NCBI GenBank assembly: GCA_963828165.1
Contig: CAWHDR010000001.1
Coordinates: forward strand, 2,784,001 to 2,848,000
From: an uncultured Chloroflexia bacterium
GTDB taxonomy: Bacteria > Chloroflexota > Limnocylindria > Limnocylindrales > CSP1-4
Direction: 5' to 3'
Length of the DNA: 64,000 nt
A model generated the notes under the pieces. The model was not told where the DNA came from. It saw nothing but the letters and a program-made list of their open reading frames with translations, and searched no databases. Position 1 is the first letter of the stretch, and each line of letters starts with the position of its first letter. A program made the translations under genes and the position numbers. Shown here in pieces: positions 51,630 through 60,627 of this stretch.

Positions 51630-54413
51630 TCAGTCCGCGGCGCCCTGGTCGAGGTCGACGCGTGCCAGCTCCGTGCGCGACTGGACCCCAAGGGTGCGGT
51701 ACACCCGGGTCAGGTGCGCCTCGACCGTGTGGACGCTGATGAACAGCGCGTCGGCGATCTCGCGGTTGGTCTGCCCGGACCCGGCCAGCTCGGCGACCCG
51801 TCGCTCGGTCTCCGTGAGTGGGGACCCCGCCGGTCGGCGCATGGCGACCCTGCCGAGCTCGGCCGTCGTCCGCTCGATCCAAACCCTGCTACGCAGCCGG
51901 GTGAAGAGCTCCAGGGCGGACCCGAAGGCCGCCCGCGAGGCGCCCTTCTGACGCGAGCGGCGGAGCACTTCACCAAGCGTGAACCAGGCGCGTGCCGTGC
52001 GGAACGGAACCTGTAGGGCGGCGTGGATCCGGACGGCCTCCTCAGCGTACCGGACGGCCCCCTCGTGGTCGCCTTCCGCGGCCAGCACCAGCGCCCTGGC
52101 ACGCGCCACCTCGGCAATAGCGGCCGGCCACGGACGACGTCGAGCCCGTCGCTCCACGGGATCCAAGAGCCGTCGAGCCTCATCGAGTCGCCCGAGACTG
52201 ATGAGGCTCTCGGCGGTGTACGCCACGATCGACTCCCAATGCAGCGGCGCCAGTCGGCCGAGACCCGGTTCGGACACAACCTTCGAAAGCCGCCCATAGG
52301 TCGCCGCGGCGTCGCCAAGCGAGTGGTCCAGCATCGCGAGGGATACCTGGACGGTCGAGCGGAACCAACGGTGCGCCGAAGCCTGAGCGACCAACTCGAC
52401 CTCCGCCCCGAGCACCCGTGCCGCCTCGACCTCACCGCGCAGGACAAGGAGATGCAGTCGAGTGGCCAGGATGTCCTGGTGGTACGCGCCCTCGACGGTC
52501 TGCAGGAGGCCTGCGTACGCCCCACTCGCGATGCGCTCAGCCTCGTCGAGGTCGCCAGCATCGACCTCGATCTCGGCCAGCACGGCAAGCAGGCTCGAGA
52601 TGCTGGTCCAGTCCCCACTCGCACGGGCGTGCTCGATCAATCGCTCGACTCTGAGGCGACCTTCGGATGGGTCGCCGTGGTAACTGAGGATCCTCCCGAA
52701 CTGCAGGTCGGGGTGCTCGAGGACCGGCACGGCATCGAGCGGCACCGCGAGGGAGTCTGCGCGCTCCATGAGGTGCCGCCACGGCCGGCCGAGCGAGCTC
52801 AGCCACGAGGCGGAGTGGCCCAGCGCCTGACACTCCAAGGATCGATCGCCGAGCTCGCGGGCCAGGCGCAGCGCCAGGAACATGTCGAGACGAGCGCGGC
52901 GCCAGCCCCGCCACGACAGATAACCGATTCCCGCAAGGCCGGAATGGATCGCGATTCGGAGCCGCGGATCCTCGACCGCCATCGGCATGGCCCGGCGGTA
53001 CAGGATATCCGCGGCATCGAGGTCCGCGAACATCAAGGCAATGATCGCCCGCCGGGCGAGCACGTGACCGAGAGCCGAACCTGGCGATAGCTCCGTGGCG
53101 GCGAGCGTCAGGATCGTGTCGGCGCGCTCCGCGTCGCCGGCGGCGAACAGGTACTCGGCGGCAGCGATGCGCCGTCGAAGGCGGTCGTCGGCTTCATCCG
53201 AGGGCGTCAAGCGGACAGCCTCCTCGGCGAGCGTTGCGGCGACCTCGGGCGCACCCCGGCCGGCGGCGGCTGCCGCACCTTCATCAAGCGCGGCCGCGAT
53301 CGAGCCCTCAGGACCCAAGGCGGTCCGGGCGAGATGCCGCGCGCGCTCTTCCGGTCCGGTCGCGAAGCCGGCTAGTCGCTCGTGGACCTCGCGGCGGCGG
53401 CTCGGCGTTGCGCGGTCGTAGGTGGCCGCGGCGAGCAGCGGGTGGGTGAACCGGATGTCGTCGTCGGCCGTCTCCAGGACGCCCGCGGCCACGGCCCCAT
53501 CCAATCCGGCAGCGAAGCGTTCGTGTCCAAGCGCGGCTTCGATGACGCGGGCGGTCGGCTGGGCCAGCGCCGCGGCATGCAGCGCCACGTCATCGGCGGC
53601 CGCATCGAGCGCCGCCACGCGGGCTCCCACGAGCCCCTCGAGGCTGCGCGGGACCGCGAGCGACTCTGGCGTCACCTGACCCCCGCGGCGCTGCAGATCC
53701 CGACCGAGCTCGAGCGCGTAGAATGGCGTGCCTCCCGAGATGGCATGGAGGCGGGTGAGGACCGGCCGCGACAGCTTGAGACCGAGGTGCTCACGCAACA
53801 GCGCCGCCGTCTCGTCGACCGACAGGGGCGGGACGTCCCGCCGCGTCATCCGGTCGGCGGGCAGCGTGGTCAGCCAGGCGGGCAGCGGCTCGTCGGGGGC
53901 GGCCGCACGACGGGCGAGGAGGAACCCGACTCGATCCATCTCGAGGCGCCGGATCGAGAAGTCGAGCACGCGCGCCGATGCGTCGTCCAGCCACGGGACG
54001 TCGTCGATGGCCAGGAGCAGCGGCGCATCCTGGGCGGCGGCTCGCAACAGATGAAGGGCACCCAGCGAGACACCGAGCGGCTGCGGCGGCGAGGCCGCCG
54101 ACACACGCAGGAGGGCGGCATCCAGCGCCTCGCGCTGTGGTCCAGGCAGGTCCGTCGCGGGTGTGTCGAGCAGCGGCGTCAGGAGATCGCCGAGCGACGC
54201 GAAGGCGAGACCCGTCTCGACCTCCGTCGGTCGGGCCGTCACGACCCGATACTGGCGATCCTTTGCGGACCCGACGCCGGCGTTCCAGAGCGTCGTCTTG
54301 CCGATGCCCGCCATCCCGGACAGCAGCATCACCGGCGAACGGCCGTCTTCGATCGACTCGAGGAATCCGTCGATCGCGTCCAGCTCGTCCTTGCGACCGA
54401 CGACCGATGCCAT
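51630..54413 (-). CDS. LAL/MalT-type AAA ATPase-LuxR transcriptional regulator
   Basis: VVGRKDE, GMAGIGKT, AIDDVPWLD, GGTPFYALEL, C-terminal LTETERRVAEL..G.TNREIADALFISVHTVEAHL. Confidence 0.95.
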   Translation of the reverse strand: MASVVGRKDELDAIDGFLESIEDGRSPVMLLSGMAGIGKTTLWNAGVGSAKDRQYRVVTARPTEVETGLAFASLGDLLTPLLDTPATDLPGPQREALDAALLRVSAASPPQPLGVSLGALHLLRAAAQDAPLLLAIDDVPWLDDASARVLDFSIRRLEMDRVGFLLARRAAAPDEPLPAWLTTLPADRMTRRDVPPLSVDETAALLREHLGLKLSRPVLTRLHAISGGTPFYALELGRDLQRRGGQVTPESLAVPRSLEGLVGARVAALDAAADDVALHAAALAQPTARVIEAALGHERFAAGLDGAVAAGVLETADDDIRFTHPLLAAATYDRATPSRRREVHERLAGFATGPEERARHLARTALGPEGSIAAALDEGAAAAAGRGAPEVAATLAEEAVRLTPSDEADDRLRRRIAAAEYLFAAGDAERADTILTLAATELSPGSALGHVLARRAIIALMFADLDAADILYRRAMPMAVEDPRLRIAIHSGLAGIGYLSWRGWRRARLDMFLALRLARELGDRSLECQALGHSASWLSSLGRPWRHLMERADSLAVPLDAVPVLEHPDLQFGRILSYHGDPSEGRLRVERLIEHARASGDWTSISSLLAVLAEIEVDAGDLDEAERIASGAYAGLLQTVEGAYHQDILATRLHLLVLRGEVEAARVLGAEVELVAQASAHRWFRSTVQVSLAMLDHSLGDAAATYGRLSKVVSEPGLGRLAPLHWESIVAYTAESLISLGRLDEARRLLDPVERRARRRPWPAAIAEVARARALVLAAEGDHEGAVRYAEEAVRIHAALQVPFRTARAWFTLGEVLRRSRQKGASRAAFGSALELFTRLRSRVWIERTTAELGRVAMRRPAGSPLTETERRVAELAGSGQTNREIADALFISVHTVEAHLTRVYRTLGVQSRTELARVDLDQGAAD

Positions 54414-54419
54414 GAGCGA

Positions 54420-54800
54420 TCAGGCCGTGCCGGCCTCGCGTGCCAGCCACGCCTCGCGGGCCACGACGACGGCCAACAGCACGATGAGGAACCCATTCAC
54501 CGGGTGGAGGGCGGCGATGGTCGGTGAGGAGCCGCGCATCGCGACGAAGACCGACTGGAGCAGGAACAGACCGAAGATCACGGCGGCCAGGATCGTCAAC
54601 CGTCGGCCGAGCCCGCCGACCACGCCGACGACCAGCAGCAGGATCGGGAAGATCGAGAGGACGTAGCCCGTGTCCCGGTGGGTCACGAAGGCCGTCGGGC
54701 TTTCGAAGACGCCGAGGCCCGCGAGGAACACCTGCACCGCCAGGCCCACGACGAATGCAACCGCCACGACCAGGTAGACGGTGCGCGCGATCGAACGCAT
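54420..54800 (-). CDS. Four-TM membrane protein (DUF6220-like)
   Basis: VQVFLAGLGVF...H...LQ...AALHPVNG; SD GGAGG. Confidence 0.75.
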   Translation of the reverse strand: MRSIARTVYLVVAVAFVVGLAVQVFLAGLGVFESPTAFVTHRDTGYVLSIFPILLLVVGVVGGLGRRLTILAAVIFGLFLLQSVFVAMRGSSPTIAALHPVNGFLIVLLAVVVAREAWLAREAGTA

Positions 54801-54986
54801 TCCCCTCACTCCCTCCAGATACGTTGCCGAATCGAACGCCGTGGGTTTTGGCGCTCAGGATGCCCGACCGACATCCCGAACGTCCAGCCGTTTCGCCCGA
54901 CCGCGGGATACCTGGCATGTGACCGATCGCTACGCTGAAAGCCGGTCTCGATTCGGCCTGACGCCGTAGGGTCGTGACGCAGCGCT

Positions 54987-55232
54987 TTACTGCTGGTAGC
55001 GCTCGACCACCTCCGCGGACCGCTCCTCGGCCTCGTTGGGGTCGAGCCCGGCCGTTGCGCGCGCCTGTCGCTGGTGCAGCAGGTCGTAGACGCGGTCGAG
55101 CTCGACCTTGATCTGCTCGAGCCGGTCCTGCTCATCCTGACTCAGGCCCGAGCCATCGCTGGCCGAGGCGTACAGGCGCTCTTCCTCCGCGGACAGGGCG
55201 TTGATCGTGTGGAACAGGTCGAGATCCGTCAT
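54987..55232 (-). CDS. DUF2630-like small protein
   Basis: VELDRVYDLLHQRQAR...AEERSAEVVERYQQ. Confidence 0.8.
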   Translation of the reverse strand: MTDLDLFHTINALSAEEERLYASASDGSGLSQDEQDRLEQIKVELDRVYDLLHQRQARATAGLDPNEAEERSAEVVERYQQ

Positions 55233-55368
55233 GGCGTGTCCTCTCGGGTTCGAGCCGCACCCGGCGCAACGACCGATGAGTCCGGCGGCTTCGGTCGGTC
55301 TTTACAATGGCACGGCGCCGCACGGAGGTCCTCGCTGCGGCGCTCACCATGCTCGTCAAGGGGGAAGC

Positions 55369-57629
55369 GTGACCGAGTTCATCGACATCCGGGGTGCCCG
55401 CGAGAACAATCTCAAGGACGTCTCGCTGCAGATCCCGAAGCGCCAGATCACGATCTTCACGGGCGTGTCCGGCTCGGGCAAGTCGTCGGTCGTGTTCGAC
55501 ACCATCGCGACCGAGGCGCAGCGCCAGCTCTACGAGAACTTCAGCCTGTTCATCCGCAGCTTCCTGCCGCGCTACCCGCAGCCCGAGGCGGACGCCATCG
55601 AGAACCTGAGCATGGCGGTCATCGTCGACCAGAAGCGGCTCGGCGGCGGATCGACCTCGACGGTCGGCACGATCACCGACATCTACACCGTGCTGCGGCT
55701 GCTCTTCTCCCGGCTCGGCGAGCCCCACGTCGGCTACTCGAACGCGTTCTCGTTCAACGACCCGCAGGGCATGTGCCCCGAGTGCAACGGCCTGGGCAAG
55801 AAGATCGGCGTCGTGTCCGACGACTTCCTGGACCTGTCCAAGTCACTCAACGAGGGCGCGGTCCAGGTCCCGGTCTGGGGCAGCTGGGAGATCGACGCCT
55901 ACGCCGCGTCCGGCTTCTTCGACAACGACAAGAAGCTCTCCGACTACACGCCCGAGGAGATGGACCTCCTCCTGTACGGCAAGGATCGCAAGTACAAGCT
56001 GCGCGATCGGCGACAAGTCGATGAACGCCACCTACCTCGGCGTGATCGAGAAGTTCGAACAGGCCTATGTGCGGCGCGACCTCAAGACCCGCCCCGAGCG
56101 GACCCAGAAGGCCGTCGAGCCGTACCTCCGGATGCGCACCTGCCCGCTGTGCAAGGGCGGCCGTCTGAGCCAGGCGGCGCTCGCTTCCAAGGTCAACGGA
56201 CACGCGATCAACGAGCTCGCCGCGATGGAGGTGGGCCACGTGATCCCGATCATCCAGAGAGATCGAGGGTTCCGTCGCGGCGCCGATGATCGCGACGCTC
56301 GTGGAGCGGCTCCAGGCCATGGTCGACATCGGGCTCGACTACCTGAGCCTGGACCGCGAGACGGACACGCTCTCGGGCGGCGAGTCGCAGCGCATCAAGA
56401 TGGTCAAGCACCTCGGCAGCAGCCTCGTCGACGTCACGTACATCCTCGACGAGCCGAGCATCGGCCTCCACCCGCGCGACGTGCATCGCCTCAACGACCT
56501 GCTGCAGAAGCTGCGCGACAAGGGCAACACCGTGATCGTCGTCGAGCACGATCCGGACGTGATCAAGGTCGCCGACCACGTCGTCGACATGGGCCCGGGC
56601 GCGGGTGACGCCGGCGGTCGCATCGTGTTCGAGGGTACGTACGCGGACCTCAAGCGGGCCGACACGCTGACCGCCCGATTCCTGCAGCGCTCGCTGCCGA
56701 TCAAGGAAGACGTCCGCACGCCGAGCGGCTGGCTGCCGATCCGTGGTGCGGCCGTCAACAACCTCAAGGGCGTCGACGTCGACATCCCGACCGGGGTCCT
56801 GACGGTGATCACGGGCGTCGCGGGCTCGGGCAAGAGCTCGCTCATCGACGGGGTGTTCCTGCCCGAGCATCCGGAGGCGATCGTGATCGACCAGTCCGCG
56901 ATCGGGACGTCGACGCGCTCGAACCCGGCCACGTATACGGGTGTGATGGACGACATCCGCAAGGCGTTCGCGGCCGCGAACAAGGTCGATGCCGGTCTGT
57001 TCAGCTTCAACTCGAAGGGAGCCTGCGAGACCTGCAACGGGGCCGGGGTGATCTACGCGGAGCTGTCGTTCCTGGGCGGCGTCAAGACGCCGTGCGAGAC
57101 CTGCGAGGGGCGGCGCTTCAAGGACGAGGTCCTCGAGTACCGGCTCGACGGTCGCAACGTGAACGAGGTGCTGGGCCTCACGGTCGCCCACGCGCTCGAG
57201 GCATTCACGCACAAGGAGATCCTCCGCAAGCTCCAGGCCATGAGCGACGTCGGTGTGGACTACCTGACCCTCGGGCAGCCACTGAGCACGCTCTCGGGCG
57301 GCGAATGCCAGCGCATCAAGCTCGCGAGCGAGCTGCACCGCAAGGGCAACATCTACGTCCTCGACGAGCCCACGACGGGGCTGCACATGTCCGACACGAG
57401 CCACCTGCTGGCGATGCTCGATCGGCTCGTGGATGCCGGCAACACCGTGATCGTCATCGAGCACAACCTCGATGTCGTCCGCAACGCGGACTGGATCATC
57501 GATCTCGGGCCGGAGGGTGGTACGCGCGGCGGCGAGATCGTGTTCACGGGCACGCCCACGGACTTGCTACGGGCCGAGCGATCGCTGACCGGCCAGTACC
57601 TGCGCAGGGAGGAACCGGCGGCCGCCTGA
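55369..57629 (+). CDS. Class II UvrA-like (DrrC-type) ABC ATPase; extra bases at ~56003 and ~56256
   Basis: GARENNLK, GVSGSGKS, LSGGESQR, GVAGSGKS, LSGGECQR, Zn-finger Cys pairs; ~750 aa, shorter than canonical UvrA. Confidence 0.88.
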
Positions 57630-57673
57630 GCGACCGCCGGGCGGCCCGGTCCAACGCTTGACGAGGAGCATCG

Positions 57674-58525
57674 ATGCAGGTCGAGGTGAACGGGACCCGC
57701 CTCTGGTTCGACGTCGACGGTCCCGCTCTCGTCCCGGTGGGCGCGGCGATGCGCGAACGGCCCACGATCGTGCTGCTGCACGGTGGGCCGGGTGGATACG
57801 ACCACTCGTATTTCAAGCCCGACTTCGCGCCCCTCACGCGCGTGTCCCAGGTCGTGTACCTGGACCTGCGTGATCACGGCCGGTCCGCGCGACACGACCC
57901 GGCCGATTGGACCTTCGAGGCCTGCGCGGACGATGTTCGCGCGTTCTGCGACGCCCTGGGCATCGCCAGACCGATCGTGTTTGGCCACTCCCTGGGCGGC
58001 TTGACGGCAATGCTGTATGGCGCCCGTCACCCCGGCCACGCCGGAGGCCTGGTCCTCCAATCGACGATGGCCCGGTTCGACCTGACGCGGCTCGCCGAGG
58101 GCTTCCGCCGCGTTGCCGGCGACGAGGTGGGCGAGCTGGCCAGGCGCGATTTCGGCGGCGAGCCGGTCACCGACGAGGACTCGGCCCGGGTCTTCACCGC
58201 CTTCGGTCCTCGGTTGCCGGACGGTCAGCAATTGGGTCGCAGGGTCGGGAACCCCGACATCGGGGAACCCGGGATGGAGCTGCTCCGCCGCTTCGACGTC
58301 GTCGACCAGCTCGGTCGTATCGAGTGCCCGACGCTCGTCTGCGTCGGCGACCTCGATCCGGTCACGCCCGTGGGGGCCGCCCAGGAGATATTCGAGGCAC
58401 TGCCCGAGGGCATCCGGCGGCTGGAGCTGATGCGAGGCGCCGGTCACTTCCCGTGGAAGGACGTCCCCGATCGGTATTTCTCGGTCATCGCGGGCTTCGT
58501 CGAGGGCGCGGCCGGGCCGACCTAG
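57674..58525 (+). CDS. Alpha/beta hydrolase
   Basis: LLHGGPG, GHSLGG, GDLDP, AGHFP. Confidence 0.9.
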   Translation: MQVEVNGTRLWFDVDGPALVPVGAAMRERPTIVLLHGGPGGYDHSYFKPDFAPLTRVSQVVYLDLRDHGRSARHDPADWTFEACADDVRAFCDALGIARPIVFGHSLGGLTAMLYGARHPGHAGGLVLQSTMARFDLTRLAEGFRRVAGDEVGELARRDFGGEPVTDEDSARVFTAFGPRLPDGQQLGRRVGNPDIGEPGMELLRRFDVVDQLGRIECPTLVCVGDLDPVTPVGAAQEIFEALPEGIRRLELMRGAGHFPWKDVPDRYFSVIAGFVEGAAGPT

Positions 58526-58575
58526 ACGCGGGACGTGACCGTGCAAGACTTGCCACACGCAAGGGGGTCACGGGC

Positions 58576-59073
58576 ATGGGTCTTGGGTTCCTCAGCCACG
58601 TCCGCCTGGCAATGGTGATCGGCCTGGCTTGCGTGTTGGCTGGCTGCGGGCCAGGTCAGACGCCCATCCCGGCCGGTGCCCAGCAGGTTCATGTGTCCAT
58701 CGTCGGTTCCGAGGTCCGATTGGAACCCGCCACGGTCTCTGCAGGGGACGTCTACGTCGTGCTCGACACGCCGGGCTCCAGCGTCGGCTTCGCCCAACGG
58801 AAACGGACGGCGGCTGAGGCACCCGGTCCCTTGACGGATGCCGACCTGGACCGGCTCGCGCTCGGCGACACCCAGGGAACGGCCATCGGCGGGTTCGATG
58901 ACACCGGGTGCTCGCCGGAACAGCGGGCCGAGTCCCGCGGCCGGATCGGTCCCTGCGGGAATGTCTTCCAGATCGTCCTGACGCCCGGCAGGTACGCGTT
59001 CTTCACCGGCAGCCTCGAGGGTGAGGCTGGCGCGGATCCCCAGTCGATCACCGTCCTCGAGGTCCTTCCGTGA
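58576..59073 (+). CDS. Lipoprotein, possibly cupredoxin-like fold
   Basis: LAGC lipobox; EPATVSAG...LTPGRYAFF. Confidence 0.7.
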   Translation: MGLGFLSHVRLAMVIGLACVLAGCGPGQTPIPAGAQQVHVSIVGSEVRLEPATVSAGDVYVVLDTPGSSVGFAQRKRTAAEAPGPLTDADLDRLALGDTQGTAIGGFDDTGCSPEQRAESRGRIGPCGNVFQIVLTPGRYAFFTGSLEGEAGADPQSITVLEVLP

Positions 59074-59101
59074 GCGTGACCGGGCGGGCTACTCTTCGGA
59101 C

Positions 59102-60091
59102 GTGACGATCACCCGCAGGACCGCGAAGGCGCCGAAGACCGCGCTGCCGACCTTCATCCCGCCGATGCTCGCGACGCTGGTGGCCGTCCCGTTCGACGAT
59201 CCGGACTGGCAGTTCGAGATCAAGTGGGACGGCTTCCGGGTCGAGGCCATCGTCGAAGGCGGCACGGTCCGGCTCCTGACGCGCGGACAGCAGGACGCCG
59301 CAAGGTATTTCGGGCCGTTCCTGGAGCCGCCGACCTGGATCTCCGCGGGCCTGGCCGTCGTCGATGGCGAGGTCATCGCGATCGACGATCACGGCGAGCC
59401 CGATTTCGCGCTGCTCCAGGCCCGGATCAAGGGCGGCGGCAGGGGAGACGCGGCGACGCCGTTCATCTACGAGGTGTTCGATCTCCTCTTCCTCGATGGT
59501 CGGTCGTTGCTCGACGAGCCCCTGGAGAACCGCAGACGCATGCTGGGCGAGGTCCTGCGCCCCGACCCACGTGTCCGCCTGAGCGAGGACATCGCCGGGG
59601 ACGGGATCGCGTTCTTCGAGGCAGCGAAGGTGCGTGGCCTCGAGGGCATCATGGCCAAGGACCGTCGCTCGACCTACCTGCCCGGGAAGCGGTCGATGGC
59701 CTGGCAGAAGATCAAGATCCGGCCGGAGCAGGAGCTCGTGGTCGGTGGGTACACGCGCGGGACAGGGACAGCGGTGGATCTCGGCGCCCTGCTCGTCGGG
59801 GTCTACGAGGCTGGCGCGCTCCGATATGCCGGCAAGGTGGGCGCCGGCTTCACCGCCGACGTCCGAAAGGAGCTCCTGACCGCGATCGAACCGCTGGCAG
59901 CCGACGAGTCACCGTTCGCGATCCGACCACCCCGGGCCGCGGCTCGGAACGCCATCTGGCTTCGCCCGGAGCTTGTCATCCGGGCCGAGTTCGCTGGCTG
60001 GACCGGCGACGGACTCGTCCGCCAGGCGGCGTACAAGGGCTTCGATCTCGGCAAGGACCCCAAGGCCGTCGTTCGTGAGGCGCCCGGGTAA
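59102..60091 (+). CDS. ligD: ATP-dependent DNA ligase, LigD ligase domain only
   Basis: EIKWDGFR, VDGEV, FDLL, EGIMAK, W.KIK, YAGKVGAGF, WLRPELV. Confidence 0.88.
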   Translation: MTITRRTAKAPKTALPTFIPPMLATLVAVPFDDPDWQFEIKWDGFRVEAIVEGGTVRLLTRGQQDAARYFGPFLEPPTWISAGLAVVDGEVIAIDDHGEPDFALLQARIKGGGRGDAATPFIYEVFDLLFLDGRSLLDEPLENRRRMLGEVLRPDPRVRLSEDIAGDGIAFFEAAKVRGLEGIMAKDRRSTYLPGKRSMAWQKIKIRPEQELVVGGYTRGTGTAVDLGALLVGVYEAGALRYAGKVGAGFTADVRKELLTAIEPLAADESPFAIRPPRAAARNAIWLRPELVIRAEFAGWTGDGLVRQAAYKGFDLGKDPKAVVREAPG

Positions 60092-60146
60092 GGCTCTACC
60101 CATCCCGAATCGACGCCCAATCCTGTCGATCGAGAGAAGGGGAGCG

Positions 60147-60365
60147 ATGCAAGCAGCCCTCCAGGAGCGCTACGGCCCGCCCGAAGTCGTCCGCGTCACG
60201 GACGTCGAGCGCCCAGTTCCCATGGACGACGAGGTGCTGATCCGCGTCCATGCCGCGTCCGTGAACCGTGCCGACCTCGACGCGCTCGGGCCACGGCCGG
60301 GCTTCGTCCGGCTGTTCCTCGGCATGCGCGCGCCAAGGAACCATCGCACGGGCATCGATGTCGCC
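60147..60365 (+). pseudogene. 5' fragment of an MDR/Zn-type alcohol dehydrogenase-like oxidoreductase
   Basis: YGPPEV...PVPMDDEVLIRVHAASVNRAD...GIDVA; similarity ends abruptly. Confidence 0.8.
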
Positions 60366-60522
60366 GATCTCGGCATGCAGTGGCTCGAGCGCCGAGAGGT
60401 CGCTTCCGCGCAGGCCGGCCCTGCGAAACGACGCCCGGTGGAGCCAGGCACCCGACAGGTCGACGTCGCGGAACGTCGCGCCTCCGGCGTTCGGCGGGGC
60501 CGGATCGTCCTGCGTCGTGACG
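60362..60522 (-). pseudogene. Fragment of a pentapeptide-repeat (MfpA-like) gene
   Basis: Minus strand reads ATFRD VDLSG AWLHR ASFRR AGLRG SDLSA LEPLH. Confidence 0.65.
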
Positions 60523-60627
60523 ATCCCGCTGCTCTTCCTGGCCGAGGGCTGGCGACCAACGACACGGTGGGTTTACGGTATGCGCGCGCAGCACGACTGC
60601 GTGGCTGGGAGCAGCGGGTACTGCACC

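Noticed and set aside
55271-55300. GACCGA...TCGGTC inverted repeat upstream of the UvrA-like gene as ncRNA or ECF promoter
   Set aside because: Too short to assign without comparative data.
55369-57629. UvrA-like gene (and dxr, yajQ, cyclase) as true pseudogenes
   Set aside because: Motifs are intact and the frame is restored by removing single bases; error is more parsimonious, pending read data.
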